NCBI GenBank assembly: GCA_963676835.2
Contig: CAXXFF010000002.1
Location: 992,001-1,056,000, forward strand
Direction of reading: 5' to 3'
Length of the DNA: 64,000 nucleotides
Origin: Marispirochaeta sp.
Lineage (GTDB): Bacteria; Spirochaetota; Spirochaetia; JC444; Marispirochaetaceae
Shown: piece by piece, positions 38,749 through 48,740 of the stretch
Layout of the letters: each line of letters starts with the position of its first letter
How positions within the stretch are numbered: the stretch's first letter is position 1
The notes under the pieces: generated by a model
Seen by the model: only the letters and a program-made list of their open reading frames with translations
Database searches by the model: none
What the model was told of the DNA's origin: nothing
Made by a program: the position numbers and the translations under genes

Positions 38749-39471
38749 TTACTTCTTTCTTGAACCAATATATTCAAGCCAGTAGGGAATCCCCCGGGAT
38801 GAGGCAAGTTTATGCATTTTTCTGAATCCCCTGCCGTAGTCTTTGTGCCGGTCTTTAAAGAAACCCTGCATAAGGTAGGCAGCTTCCGGTTCTTTCCTGG
38901 TTCTTAGAATCAGCCAGGCTGCAAGGTTGCAGCTTCCTTCCACCAGGGCCGGGGAGGCGTCGGTTATTCCCCTGCTGTAAAACCAGATATGCATAAGTTC
39001 ATGGGCGCAGGTAGAGATAAAGCTGACACGGGGGAGCCCGTTGAGCAGAAATATCTGCAGGTCAAACTGCCGAATTTTCCCGTTGAACAGGCTTCGCCTG
39101 AACCGTGCAGTTCCCTGTTTTTCTCTTCCTGTTCTGTCCAGGCGCTTAAGATCCAACCGGTCTATCAGGGCGAACCCGGGTTTGAAGGGCTTAATCACAA
39201 TACCCATCTTTTCAAGGCCGGTGTAGGTTTCCATAAGAATAGTCTTCCCTTCCGCTACATCCTTCACAGCTGCCTTATCGCAGAGAGCACAGATAGCCTG
39301 TCCGTCGCTCAATGTTTTTCCGCCCCCGGTGCTCTCTTTGCTGATAAAGCGTCCGCAATAGGGGCATGCCGGGGTTTGCCGGTAATGGGCGGCACATACG
39401 CTGTTACCCCAGTAATCCCGGTAGTATCTGCCTGTGATGGTATGATTGTTGTGAATGCAAACGGGGTTCAT
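38749..39471 (-). CDS. LIM-like zinc finger plus DA1-like zinc peptidase
   Basis: C..H, CAAH, CPYC, CALC ligands. LNGLP...AHELMH.W, EGSCN, YGRGFR. Confidence 0.75.
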   Translation of the reverse strand: MNPVCIHNNHTITGRYYRDYWGNSVCAAHYRQTPACPYCGRFISKESTGGGKTLSDGQAICALCDKAAVKDVAEGKTILMETYTGLEKMGIVIKPFKPGFALIDRLDLKRLDRTGREKQGTARFRRSLFNGKIRQFDLQIFLLNGLPRVSFISTCAHELMHIWFYSRGITDASPALVEGSCNLAAWLILRTRKEPEAAYLMQGFFKDRHKDYGRGFRKMHKLASSRGIPYWLEYIGSRKK

Positions 39472-39739
39472 GCTCTTTGAGAGTACAATAAATCATCTAT
39501 AATAGCGAATTCTCCTAATCCTAACTAAAAAACTAAAAAAACATTGACAACTGGAAAAACCACTGTTTAAATAGAAATATATCAATATATAAATACTTAA
39601 ATACACGAAAATTTTGGCTGGAAATGTAAAAAAAACGGGCGATTTTCTTTCGCTTTTGTTTTGCTGGAACTACGATTAAGGGTGCTTAACGCTCTGAAAA
39701 CTTGAGAATAGTCACTTTTTATATATATGGAGGATATGT

Positions 39740-40231
39740 GTGAAGGTTAAAACTGCCCTTGTTTCTGTTGTACTGGGGCTGCTTCTCTGGCTTGGCCTTA
39801 ATGGCAGGCTGGATCCGGCAATTCTTGCTGCCGGTGCCGTGGTGGTGCTGGTTACAGCGGCATTCCATGTCAACTCAGCGGTGTTTGGAGAGTTGAAACT
39901 GACACCAAAGGCGCTGTTTGCGCTTATTGCGTGGTTTATTGTTTTTATTACAGAACTCATCAAATCCAACATTGATGTGATGTTCCGGGTAATAACACCG
40001 GAAGTAAAAATCAATCCTGCCATTGTAGAGGTGAAAACCAGGCTTACCTCACCCCTGGGACGGCTTGTTCTGGCAAACTCAATTACCCTTACTCCCGGAA
40101 CCCTGACAGCGGACATTAAGAATGACAGCCTTTTTATCCACTGGATTGACGCATCTTCCACCGATGTAGAGGGAGCTACAAAGGCAATCGTCGCAAAGTT
40201 TGAAAAATATCTGGAGGTGGTCTTTGGCTGA
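39740..40231 (+). CDS. Mrp/Mbx subunit MnhE-like (MbxA)
   Basis: ELIKSNIDV, INPAIV, LANSITLTPGT, LFIHWID. Confidence 0.9.
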   Translation: MKVKTALVSVVLGLLLWLGLNGRLDPAILAAGAVVVLVTAAFHVNSAVFGELKLTPKALFALIAWFIVFITELIKSNIDVMFRVITPEVKINPAIVEVKTRLTSPLGRLVLANSITLTPGTLTADIKNDSLFIHWIDASSTDVEGATKAIVAKFEKYLEVVFG

Positions 40232-40484
40232 TCAAATACTTATGGCCGCGGTCCTGATCTCTCTGGTTAGTATCGGGATTATTCTTATCCGTTTTATTAT
40301 GGGGCCTTCTGTGCTGGACAGGGTGGTTGCCTTCGATACCGCCGGTATCATAGCTATCTCCCTGATCGTTCTATTGGCTCATATACTGGACCGCTTTATT
40401 TATGTAGATGTTGCCCTGGTTTACGGGCTCCTCAGTTTTATCGGTGTCCTGGTTGTTGCCAGGTATCATGAGAGGGGGCTGTAA
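40224..40484 (+). CDS. MnhF-like subunit (MbxB)
   Basis: RFIMGPSVLDRVVAFD, DVALVYGLLSFIG. TTG start after GGAGGTG. Confidence 0.88.
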   Translation: MADQILMAAVLISLVSIGIILIRFIMGPSVLDRVVAFDTAGIIAISLIVLLAHILDRFIYVDVALVYGLLSFIGVLVVARYHERGL

Positions 40485-40858
40485 TGGAGATGGCAGGTGC
40501 TGTTTTTGCTCTGATCGGGTCGATAATTTTCTTTTTCAGCGCTCTGGGGCTTATCCGTATGCCGGATTTATATAACCGGATACAGACAGGTACCAAGGCG
40601 ACAACCCTGGGAACCATAGTGTTGTCCATCGGAATCGCACTTCTTCATCCGGAATGGACCTGGAAACTGATCATTCTGATTCTCTTCATTGTCCTCACAA
40701 ACCCCATATCCTCCCATGTGGTTGCCCGGGGTGCCCACTACAGCGGACAGGAAATGACCGGGAAGACTGTAGCCGATGCGCTTTCAAAAGAGGAAGAAGA
40801 GGAAAAGAAAGAAAAGGAAAAGAAAGAAGAGAAAAAGAAAGAGGAGGTGAAGGGATGA
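40484..40858 (+). CDS. MnhG-like subunit (MbxC)
   Basis: GLIRMPDLYNRIQTGTKATTLG, TNPISSH. K/E-rich tail. Confidence 0.9.
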   Translation: MEMAGAVFALIGSIIFFFSALGLIRMPDLYNRIQTGTKATTLGTIVLSIGIALLHPEWTWKLIILILFIVLTNPISSHVVARGAHYSGQEMTGKTVADALSKEEEEEKKEKEKKEEKKKEEVKG

Positions 40859-41115
40859 CCATTGTTTTTGCAGTAGTGGCGCTCTTTACCCTTGGCACCG
40901 CTTTCTATGCTGTGGCAGTAAAGGACAGAATCGTTGCGGTGCTGTCCGCCGGGGCTTCCGGACTTTTTGCCTCTATCCTCTTCATCATGATGGCCGCCCC
41001 CGACGTGGCCATGACGGAAGCGGCCATAGGCAGCGGTCTTACCACCTTCATCTTTTTCTTTGCCCTTAGAAAAGTAAATGAAGGAAAGGTAAAAGGAGGG
41101 CAGAAAAATGGTTAG
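40855..41115 (+). CDS. DUF4040/MbhD-like subunit (MbxD)
   Basis: AAPDVAMTEAAIGSGL. ATGA overlap with the previous gene. Confidence 0.85.
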   Translation: MTIVFAVVALFTLGTAFYAVAVKDRIVAVLSAGASGLFASILFIMMAAPDVAMTEAAIGSGLTTFIFFFALRKVNEGKVKGGQKNG

Positions 41116-41815
41116 AAAAGGCTTTGTTCTTCTTATGATCATTGCCCTGGGCTTTATGCTCTGGGATTTTGCCGGGAACTATGCAGGTAAAGATTCCCTG
41201 CCTGAAGTTTCTGCTCACTATATAGAGAAGGGTCCCCGTGAGCTTGGTGCGGTTAATGTGGTGACTTCCGTGGTTGTCACTTACCGGGGACTGGATACCC
41301 TGGGTGAGGTTACCATTTTATTCGCCGCAGCTGCGGTGGTCGGCCTGCTGCTGCATCTGGGGGGCAATGAAAACCCCCGGCGGCGGGAAGCAAGCGAGCT
41401 TCTGAAAACCGGAAGTGCCCTGTTGTTCCCTCTTATTCTGCTTTTCGGTGTGTATGTTTTTATCAATGGTCACCTTACACCGGGAGGCGGGTTCCAGGGG
41501 GGCGCAATAATCGCTTCCGCGGTGGTGCTCTCTGTTCTGGCGGACCCCAATAAAAAAGCAGGACACACGGTCCTCTCTGTAATTGAGTCCCTTTCCGGAC
41601 TTGCCTACGTCGGTCTTGGTGCCGCCGGAGCCTTTCTGATGGTAAACGGCTTTCTGGATAACCGTCTTCTGCCCCTGGGCGAATATGGATCGCTTGTCAG
41701 TGCCGGACTTATTCCGGTCATTTACTGCCTCGTAGGGCTGAAGGTCGGCTCGGAACTCAGTTCTGTGGTTATCGGATTTAAAGGTGAGTCGGCAGACAAA
41801 GGAGGTGCAGAATAA
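41108..41815 (+). CDS. MnhB-like subunit (MbhE+F-type)
   Basis: NVVTSVVVTYRGLDTLGE, GHLTPGGGFQGG, GLKVG. Confidence 0.9.
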   Translation: MVRKGFVLLMIIALGFMLWDFAGNYAGKDSLPEVSAHYIEKGPRELGAVNVVTSVVVTYRGLDTLGEVTILFAAAAVVGLLLHLGGNENPRRREASELLKTGSALLFPLILLFGVYVFINGHLTPGGGFQGGAIIASAVVLSVLADPNKKAGHTVLSVIESLSGLAYVGLGAAGAFLMVNGFLDNRLLPLGEYGSLVSAGLIPVIYCLVGLKVGSELSSVVIGFKGESADKGGAE

Positions 41816-42165
41816 TGATTGGCACCATCGCAATTTCCACCGGTTCCCTGCTGATTCTCATCGGACTCTGGTGTCTTCTGTCCAATAAAGACATGATCCG
41901 CATGATTGTCGGATTCTCCATCTTTGATCTGGGTGTACACGTTGTCATGCTCAGCATCGGGTATATCAATGGAGGAACCGCCCCGATTATCGAAAGCCTT
42001 TCTGATACCGGTACGACCTATGTAGATCCGGTACCCCAGGCTCTGGTGCTTACCGCTATTGTAATCGGCCTGGGCATTACCGCATTTATGCTTACCTATG
42101 CGGTAAACATGTACGAAAAGAAAGGCAGCCTCCATATCGACAAATATGAGGAGTTAAAATGGTAA
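41815..42165 (+). CDS. MnhC-like subunit (MbxG)
   Basis: APII, DPVPQALVLTAIVIG. Confidence 0.92.
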   Translation: MIGTIAISTGSLLILIGLWCLLSNKDMIRMIVGFSIFDLGVHVVMLSIGYINGGTAPIIESLSDTGTTYVDPVPQALVLTAIVIGLGITAFMLTYAVNMYEKKGSLHIDKYEELKW

Positions 42166-45100
42166 ACCCCATCTATCTTATTGTCATTGCCCTGGGTACC
42201 GCCTTTCTCCTCGGGCTCTTCAGAAAAGCGGCGCCCTCTCTACGCTCAGGAATTACCCTGCTGGCCCTTGCGGGTATGACGGCGGTCTCCGCGGCCTGGG
42301 CCTATGGAATACTCTTTGCCGGTGCAGAAGGCATCCAGGTATTCACCGCCGGATTCAAGCCGCCCCTCTCCATTAATCTTTATATGGGCAGAGCCGAAGC
42401 GGTGCTCCTGGTACTGGTAAACCTTACGGCATTCTTCAGCATGCTGTTCCTGGCAAAAGAGGTGAAGAGCACCTCAAGCTATATGCTCATGCTGCTGATG
42501 GTTTTTGTAACCGGACTCAACGGCGTGGTTATGACCCGGGACCTCTTTAACCTTTTTGTGTTTATCGAGATTGTCAGTATTGCTTCCGCCGGTCTGATCC
42601 CCTTAAAGGGCAGCCTGAAACAGCTCAGTGCGGGTTTCAAGTTCGTTATCGCCGGCGCCCTTGCCAGCGGTTTTATGCTCATCGGCATAATTTTTGTCTA
42701 CTACTCCACAGGCTCCCTCAACCTGGATGTAATCGCTTCCGGTATGACCCCCGCTCTGGCATCCGCCGGCTTCGTGGGGATTTTCCTGGTCTTTATCGGG
42801 GTTGTGATGGAGCTCAAACCCTTCCCGGTTAACGGCTGGGGTCTGGATGTCTACGAAGCATCTCTTCCTCCGGTAGCAGCCCTTGTAGCCGCGGGAACCG
42901 CCAGCGTCATGTTCTATGCCTTTACCAAGGTTATGGCCCTTACCGGCGGACTCCTCATCGGAGCCGCGGTTGTTATCGGTGCTCTTACCTTTGTGGGAAT
43001 GAACGTGCTGGCTCTAAAGCAGGATAAAGCACAGCGGCTTCTTGGCTATTCCTCCATCAGTCAGATGGGCCTGCTTCTTATGGCCTATGGTCTGCTGCGT
43101 CAGACAGGAAGCGAAAATGCCGAGCTGATTGTCTTCGGCCTGCTTATTACCCACGCCCTGGCCAAGGCTGCCCTCTTCTGGCTCGCCGGGATTGTGGAAA
43201 AAGAGAATATAAAAGAGTGGGCCATTATCCGTAAGAACCCCCTGGCTCTTATAGCCATGATTATGGCGGTATTCGGCCTTACCGCCTTTCCGCCCTTTCC
43301 CTCCTTCTTTGCCAAGTGGGAGCTGGTAATGGCACTGGCAGCCAAAGGGGGCTTCGGTTTTATAACAGTGATTCTGGTAGGGTCCTTTCTGGAAGCGGTC
43401 TATCTATTCCGCTGGCTGGGATACGCCCTGAAGCTGGACTTTAATCCTGGGGAAGAGGCCAACACCTCTGCTCTGTCCGCCCTGCCTTCACTGCTCTTCG
43501 GCCTGACTCTTGTCGGGCTGGGGTACCTGATGGGTACAGACTACGGTCTTTCCTGGATACCTCTGGCTGCGGTTTTAGGCTTTCTGGTTATCGATAAGAT
43601 TGACTCAAGAATCAAAACCACTCTTGCTCTGGTAATAATCGGCGCCTGGGGCTATCTGAACTACGAAAGCTACCTGGGGGATCTGTTCAAGACAATTTTT
43701 GCCGGGGTTTTTATCGGCGGAGCATTTCTTACTACTCTATCAGGCTACTATTACAAAGGGCGCAGGGGGGGATTCCACGCCTCCACAATGTCCATGTTCT
43801 TCGGCCTCTTTATGCTGCTCTCTGCGGAAACCATGCTTCAGTTTTTCTACGGTTGGGAGTTTATGGCCATCGGTTCCTACTTCCTGCTTATCCGGGGAAA
43901 GAAATCCATGCCCCACGGCTACAGCTACCTCATGTTCAGCATCGGCGGTTCCTTCGCCATGCTCATGGGCTTCGCCATGGCCTATCTCTCCAGCGGTTCT
44001 GCCGGCATGGATGCCCTGTTTCATATCACCGTGTATCCCGCAGTGGCCTACTCCCTGATGCTCATCGGCTTTATGACCAAGACCGCCACCATGGGATTTC
44101 ATACCTGGCTTCCCGGAGCCCACGGCGAGGCGGTTGCGGATATTCACTTCATGGCTTCAGCTATTCTGCTTAAGGCAGGAGTTCTGGGAATGATCTATGT
44201 ACTGTTGGGTATGGATCTCTCCATGTCCTACAGCCGCTGGATACTCATGACCATGGGCTGGCTGGGAATATTGAGCTCCCTCATCGGCAACGTCAACGCC
44301 GCCTTCCAGGAGAGCGCCAAGCGGCTTCTGGCCTGGTCCAGTATCGGACAGCTCGGGTACATTGTGTTCGGCCTCTCCACCATGAGCCATATGGGATGGC
44401 TGATCGCTCTCTCTCTTTCCATTACCCACTTCCTGTACAAGGGTATTCTCTTTCTGATAATCGGTGGAATCTCACTGAAGCTCGGAACCCCCATGATGTA
44501 CAAGATGGGCGGCCTGATCCGGCGCATGCCCTTCAGCTTCCTTGCGGTGCTGATTGCCATTATTACTCTTTCCGGTATCCCCCCACTTGTGGGATTTACC
44601 GCCAAGTGGATTCTCTACAATGTAACCGTGGGTAACGGTCTCTATTTTCAGGGCGTTATCGCCTCTTTCGCAGGCCTTGTGGCATTCCTCTACCTGTTCC
44701 GTCTGATTTTCTCAATCTTTCTGGGACAGCTGAAGGACGAGCATCGCAAGGTCGGGGAGATCAATATCTGGTTCCTGATCCCTGTGTATCTGCTTATCTG
44801 CTACATCATGGTTGTCTCCTTCCTGCCGGGTACTCTTCTCGGACCCATCGGGGACAAGCTTATGGCCTTCTTCCCGGATAATCCCATTATCTGGACCGGC
44901 TATCTGGCCAGTTCCGAGTTGGGCTACTTCAACGGCACCATGATTATGAATGTCTTTATGACCCTGTTTGCCATCAACTTTCTTATTCTCTTTTTCTTCA
45001 ATAAAAAGCGGGCCCAGAAGGTTGAACAGTTCAATATTGTCTACGCCGCCGAGAGGCCGGCACGGCCGGAAACAACCCACTTTGCCTATAACTTCTTTGC

Positions 45101-45290
45101 CCCTTACAGAAGGGCCGTCGGGGTACTGGAGTATCCCTTTGTGACAAAGTTCTGGAACGGCCTGAGTGATATTCTGCATGCCCTTGGAGGCTTATTCCGC
45201 AGGGTATACACCGGCAACGGCCAGACCTATCTGCTGCAGATGGTGGTTTTTGTTGTGGTCACCTACCTGCTGACCAAAGGAGGAATGTAA
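42159..45290 (+). CDS. Fused double antiporter-like subunit (MnhD/NuoL-M-N family; MbxH+H')
   Basis: Two proton-antiporter modules (DLFNLFVFIEI...LLGYSSISQMG and FFYGWEFM...RLLAWSSIGQLG) plus a lateral-helix-like C-terminus (YTGNGQTY). Confidence 0.88.
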   Translation: MVNPIYLIVIALGTAFLLGLFRKAAPSLRSGITLLALAGMTAVSAAWAYGILFAGAEGIQVFTAGFKPPLSINLYMGRAEAVLLVLVNLTAFFSMLFLAKEVKSTSSYMLMLLMVFVTGLNGVVMTRDLFNLFVFIEIVSIASAGLIPLKGSLKQLSAGFKFVIAGALASGFMLIGIIFVYYSTGSLNLDVIASGMTPALASAGFVGIFLVFIGVVMELKPFPVNGWGLDVYEASLPPVAALVAAGTASVMFYAFTKVMALTGGLLIGAAVVIGALTFVGMNVLALKQDKAQRLLGYSSISQMGLLLMAYGLLRQTGSENAELIVFGLLITHALAKAALFWLAGIVEKENIKEWAIIRKNPLALIAMIMAVFGLTAFPPFPSFFAKWELVMALAAKGGFGFITVILVGSFLEAVYLFRWLGYALKLDFNPGEEANTSALSALPSLLFGLTLVGLGYLMGTDYGLSWIPLAAVLGFLVIDKIDSRIKTTLALVIIGAWGYLNYESYLGDLFKTIFAGVFIGGAFLTTLSGYYYKGRRGGFHASTMSMFFGLFMLLSAETMLQFFYGWEFMAIGSYFLLIRGKKSMPHGYSYLMFSIGGSFAMLMGFAMAYLSSGSAGMDALFHITVYPAVAYSLMLIGFMTKTATMGFHTWLPGAHGEAVADIHFMASAILLKAGVLGMIYVLLGMDLSMSYSRWILMTMGWLGILSSLIGNVNAAFQESAKRLLAWSSIGQLGYIVFGLSTMSHMGWLIALSLSITHFLYKGILFLIIGGISLKLGTPMMYKMGGLIRRMPFSFLAVLIAIITLSGIPPLVGFTAKWILYNVTVGNGLYFQGVIASFAGLVAFLYLFRLIFSIFLGQLKDEHRKVGEINIWFLIPVYLLICYIMVVSFLPGTLLGPIGDKLMAFFPDNPIIWTGYLASSELGYFNGTMIMNVFMTLFAINFLILFFFNKKRAQKVEQFNIVYAAERPARPETTHFAYNFFAPYRRAVGVLEYPFVTKFWNGLSDILHALGGLFRRVYTGNGQTYLLQMVVFVVVTYLLTKGGM

Positions 45291-45291
45291 G

Positions 45292-46230
45292 ATGGAGTTT
45301 CAGTACATACACATACTCTATGCAGCCATAACCATCTTTATAACCATTAACTATGGTCTACTGCTGCAGGGAATAATCGGAAAGATTTATGCCCGGGTAG
45401 GCAAGCGGCGGGGAATCCGCATCTATCAGCCCTGGATCAATATTATCCGCCAGTGGGTAACCCGTTCATCAATTCACCACGGCATAATGTATTATCTGGG
45501 GCCGGTTTTCCGCTTTACCGGCGGAGGAGGAATCCTTATCTTCCTGCCCCTGGTCTACGGCGCTCCGTTGTTCTCTTCCTTTGTGGGAACCGGGGACCTG
45601 CTGCTGGTGCTCTACTTTATGTTCATCGGAACCCTGGGCATGGCCCTGGGCGGCGGTGAGGCGGGGCATCCCTATTCGGCCATCGCCGTAACCCGCGGAC
45701 TCTCCCAGGTAACCGCCGCGGAGGTACCGCTGGTACTGGCCATTTTCTCCATCTCAATCCAGTACGGAACCATGGATGTGATGAAGATTGTCGGAGCCCA
45801 GCAGGGAAGCTTTCTTAACTGGACCCTCTTTACCAACCCCCTGGCAACGGCGGCGGCAATGATCGCCTTTCTGGGATCCATGATGCGGAGCCCCTTTGAT
45901 GTGGTTCTTGCTCCCCAGGAAATTCCCATCGGACCTCCCACGGAGTATCAGTCCCAGTTTCTGGCCATGCTTATGACCAACCGTACTATCTTTCCCGTGG
46001 CCAAGACGGTGTTCTACGTGAACCTCTTTTTCGGCGGAGTTGCCCTCTATGACAATTATCTGCTGACCTTTCTGGTTTTCTTTCTCAAGACCTTCCTGGT
46101 CTATATGTGGTCCGTATTTGTGGGAGTCTCCTTTCCCCGCTTCCGGGTGGAGCAGAGTATCCGCTTCTTTCTTAAATGGCCCCTGCTCATCGGGGCGGCT
46201 GCGGTAATTGCGGCCCAGATAAGGTATTGA
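45292..46230 (+). CDS. NuoH-like membrane subunit (MbxM)
   Basis: ARVGKRRG...QP, PFDVVLAPQEIPIGPPTEY, PRFRVEQ. Confidence 0.9.
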   Translation: MEFQYIHILYAAITIFITINYGLLLQGIIGKIYARVGKRRGIRIYQPWINIIRQWVTRSSIHHGIMYYLGPVFRFTGGGGILIFLPLVYGAPLFSSFVGTGDLLLVLYFMFIGTLGMALGGGEAGHPYSAIAVTRGLSQVTAAEVPLVLAIFSISIQYGTMDVMKIVGAQQGSFLNWTLFTNPLATAAAMIAFLGSMMRSPFDVVLAPQEIPIGPPTEYQSQFLAMLMTNRTIFPVAKTVFYVNLFFGGVALYDNYLLTFLVFFLKTFLVYMWSVFVGVSFPRFRVEQSIRFFLKWPLLIGAAAVIAAQIRY

Positions 46231-46232
46231 TT

Positions 46233-46898
46233 ATGGCAAAGATGAATTACAGCAAACGAAAAGCCGATCTGGAGCGGCGGACCGTCACCGGACCGGAGGG
46301 TGAGGTATTCGAAGTTGATCCCATGAAGGATTACTTCTGCGAGGCTCCTCCAAAGGTCTATAAGCCCTCCAAACTGACCCCCCTGGAAAAGTTCTACAAC
46401 TGGTGCCGGGCGGAGTCCATCTATATTCTCGGCTTTGGAACCGGCTGCGGCGCAATTGAGATGCGCCCCCTTATGAGCCCCATGTATGACGCCTACCGTT
46501 ACGGCGTTCACTGGCGGCCCACCCCCAGGCAATCCACGGTATTTGTCATCGGCGGATACGCCTCGGTAAAAACCATCAAGCGGATTGTCCGCAGCTACGA
46601 ACAGATGCCCGGGCCCAAGTATGTTCTGGCGGTCTGCAGCTGCACCATTAATGGCGGCATGTACTGGGATTCCTACAACACCATCAACCGGCTGGATCAT
46701 TATATTCCGGTGGATATCTATGTTACCGGCTGCATGCCCCGGCCGGAGGCAATTCTCGATTCTGTAGAGGCCCTCAAGAAACGAATTAAAGAAGGACGGG
46801 CGGAAGGGCAGAACAAGTATGCGGAAAACTTCGAATGGTACAAGGCAAACCAGAAACAGATTATCAAGGACTGGGATATGCCGGACTACAACTGGTAA
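46233..46898 (+). CDS. NuoB-like Fe-S subunit (MbxJ)
   Basis: GTGCGAIE, TPRQS, YEQMPGPKYV, SCTINGG, PVDIYVTGCMPRPE. Confidence 0.9.
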   Translation: MAKMNYSKRKADLERRTVTGPEGEVFEVDPMKDYFCEAPPKVYKPSKLTPLEKFYNWCRAESIYILGFGTGCGAIEMRPLMSPMYDAYRYGVHWRPTPRQSTVFVIGGYASVKTIKRIVRSYEQMPGPKYVLAVCSCTINGGMYWDSYNTINRLDHYIPVDIYVTGCMPRPEAILDSVEALKKRIKEGRAEGQNKYAENFEWYKANQKQIIKDWDMPDYNW

Positions 46899-46910
46899 GG
46901 AGGTTAATGG

Positions 46911-47471
46911 ATGGAAACGATTATTGAAAATATCAAGAAACAGTTCAGCCTGTCCGACGTCACCTCCGCCCACGGGTACTTTATTACCTGTGAAAAGAAG
47001 GATGCCGTCAGTCTGCTGACTTACCTGAAAAACGTGGAAGGCTTTAAACACCTGGTGCTGATAACCGCGGTGGACTGGATCGAAGACGGACGCTTTCAGC
47101 TGACCTATCTGCTGAATAATCCGGTAATGAAGAAGGAGCTGGGGGTCCGGACATTTATCGAACGGAGTGTCTGGCCGGAAGAATCCGAAATGGATACCGC
47201 CCACCATCTCTGGCCGGCTGCCAAGACCTACCAGCGGGAGCTGCATGAAATGTTCGGTATCGATTTTCCCGGCAGTCCCGAGATCAATGAACCCCTGATT
47301 CTTGAATACTGGGATGATATTCCTCCCTACAGAAAGGACTTCGATACGAAGAAATACTCTGAAGAGACCTACTTTCCCCGGGAGGGCAGAAGCACCAATG
47401 ATCCTGCTGAGTACATGAAAGCTAAGCTCTATCCCCGGGAGGGGGAGAAGACAAAAAAGGGGGATGCCTAG
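46911..47471 (+). CDS. NuoC-like subunit (MbxK)
   Basis: ITAVDW, YQRELHEMFGIDFPG, PP.RKDF. Confidence 0.9.
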   Translation: METIIENIKKQFSLSDVTSAHGYFITCEKKDAVSLLTYLKNVEGFKHLVLITAVDWIEDGRFQLTYLLNNPVMKKELGVRTFIERSVWPEESEMDTAHHLWPAAKTYQRELHEMFGIDFPGSPEINEPLILEYWDDIPPYRKDFDTKKYSEETYFPREGRSTNDPAEYMKAKLYPREGEKTKKGDA

Positions 47472-47557
47472 CATGGGACCCTTTTTTAGTCGAATAGCGG
47501 TAGAGTGTTTTCCGCATCAGCGGAAAAGTACTCGAGAGCGATATAAGGAAAAGAAAG

Positions 47558-48739
47558 ATGCTTGATTACGGCGAAAAGAACCGGGAACTCTTCCCCGAAA
47601 CGAAGAGCGACGGCACCATCGATATAGATCTCTCTTCCGGAAAGTTCACCAAGCTCTGGCATGGACCCAACCATCCGGGAATTACCGGAAATATGTCCCT
47701 GGAGCTGACCCTGTTAGGTGATGAGATTATGGAGTCCAAAACCCATGTGGGCTATCTGCACCGGGGGTTTGAGAAGCTGATGGAGCGGCGCCGCTTTATC
47801 AACAACTTCCCCTTGGTCTGCCGGGTATGTGTACCGGAGCCGGACTTCAATGAGTACTGCTATGCCGCGGCCCTTGAAGAGCTTGCCGGGGTTGAGGTCC
47901 CGGAGAAAGCCCTGTGGATCCGCACCCTGATTCTGGAAATGGCCCGGCTGCAGTCATATTTAATGTGGATCGGCGGACAGGCCGGTGCCTTCGGTATGGG
48001 CATGGTTGGACAGTGGACCTTATGGGCCCGAGACCGGGTACTGCAGATGTTTGAGGAACTCACCGGCGGACGCATCTATCATATCTTTATTCTCCCTGGC
48101 GGTGTGCGCAACAATCTTACCGAAGGCTTCAAGGGCCGGATGCTGGAGACCCTCAATGACGTGGTTTCCATACTCAACGATGTGGAACGGGTTCTCTTCA
48201 ACAACGCGGTGTTTAAAAAACGTGCCGTAGGCCTCGGGGTGATTGATCCCGACTGGGTGGATGAGTACGGCATAACCGGCCCCAACGCCCGGGCGGCGGG
48301 TGTCCCGAAGGACGTGAGAAAAGACAACCCTTACGTAAAATATGCGGAGCTCGATTTTGAGCCGGTAACCGGCACGGACTCGGATGTCTATACCCGGGCC
48401 CGGGTCCGCTTTGATGACTGCCTGATGACCGTGGATCTTATCCGTCAGATTCTGGACAGGATCCCGGAAAAAGGTGAGTTCAAGGCAAAGATGCCCAGTA
48501 TGCTCCACTGGAAAATCCCCGCCGGCGAAACCTATAAAAAAGCGGAATGTACCCGTGGTGAGTACGGCTACTACATTGTAACCGACGGCTCCGGTTATCC
48601 CCGCAGGGTCAATGTCCGTGGGCCTTCATACACCCATGCGGTAACCCTGGCAGAAAAGATGCTGGTCAACGCAAACCTTGCGGATGTGGCGGGTACCCTG
48701 GTATCCCTGCATACCTATCCGCCGGAAGTGGAGAGATAA
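47558..48739 (+). CDS. NuoD-like subunit (MbxL), lacking the NiFe-binding motifs
   Basis: GPNHP, GYLHRGFEK, RVCVPEPD, E.TRGE, R.RGPS. C-terminus SLHTYPPEVER has no CxxC. Confidence 0.9.
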   Translation: MLDYGEKNRELFPETKSDGTIDIDLSSGKFTKLWHGPNHPGITGNMSLELTLLGDEIMESKTHVGYLHRGFEKLMERRRFINNFPLVCRVCVPEPDFNEYCYAAALEELAGVEVPEKALWIRTLILEMARLQSYLMWIGGQAGAFGMGMVGQWTLWARDRVLQMFEELTGGRIYHIFILPGGVRNNLTEGFKGRMLETLNDVVSILNDVERVLFNNAVFKKRAVGLGVIDPDWVDEYGITGPNARAAGVPKDVRKDNPYVKYAELDFEPVTGTDSDVYTRARVRFDDCLMTVDLIRQILDRIPEKGEFKAKMPSMLHWKIPAGETYKKAECTRGEYGYYIVTDGSGYPRRVNVRGPSYTHAVTLAEKMLVNANLADVAGTLVSLHTYPPEVER

Positions 48740-48740
48740 G

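Noticed and set aside
46101..47474. 457-aa minus-strand ORF (also 49614-50549, 31417-32430, 9737-10678, 35890-36750, 15240-16040)
   Set aside because: Antisense shadows of well-supported genes, with no recognisable motifs.
47558..48739. Group 4 NiFe hydrogenase large subunit
   Set aside because: The L1 motif is incomplete (RVCVPE), the C-terminal DPCxxC is absent, and no maturation genes are nearby.
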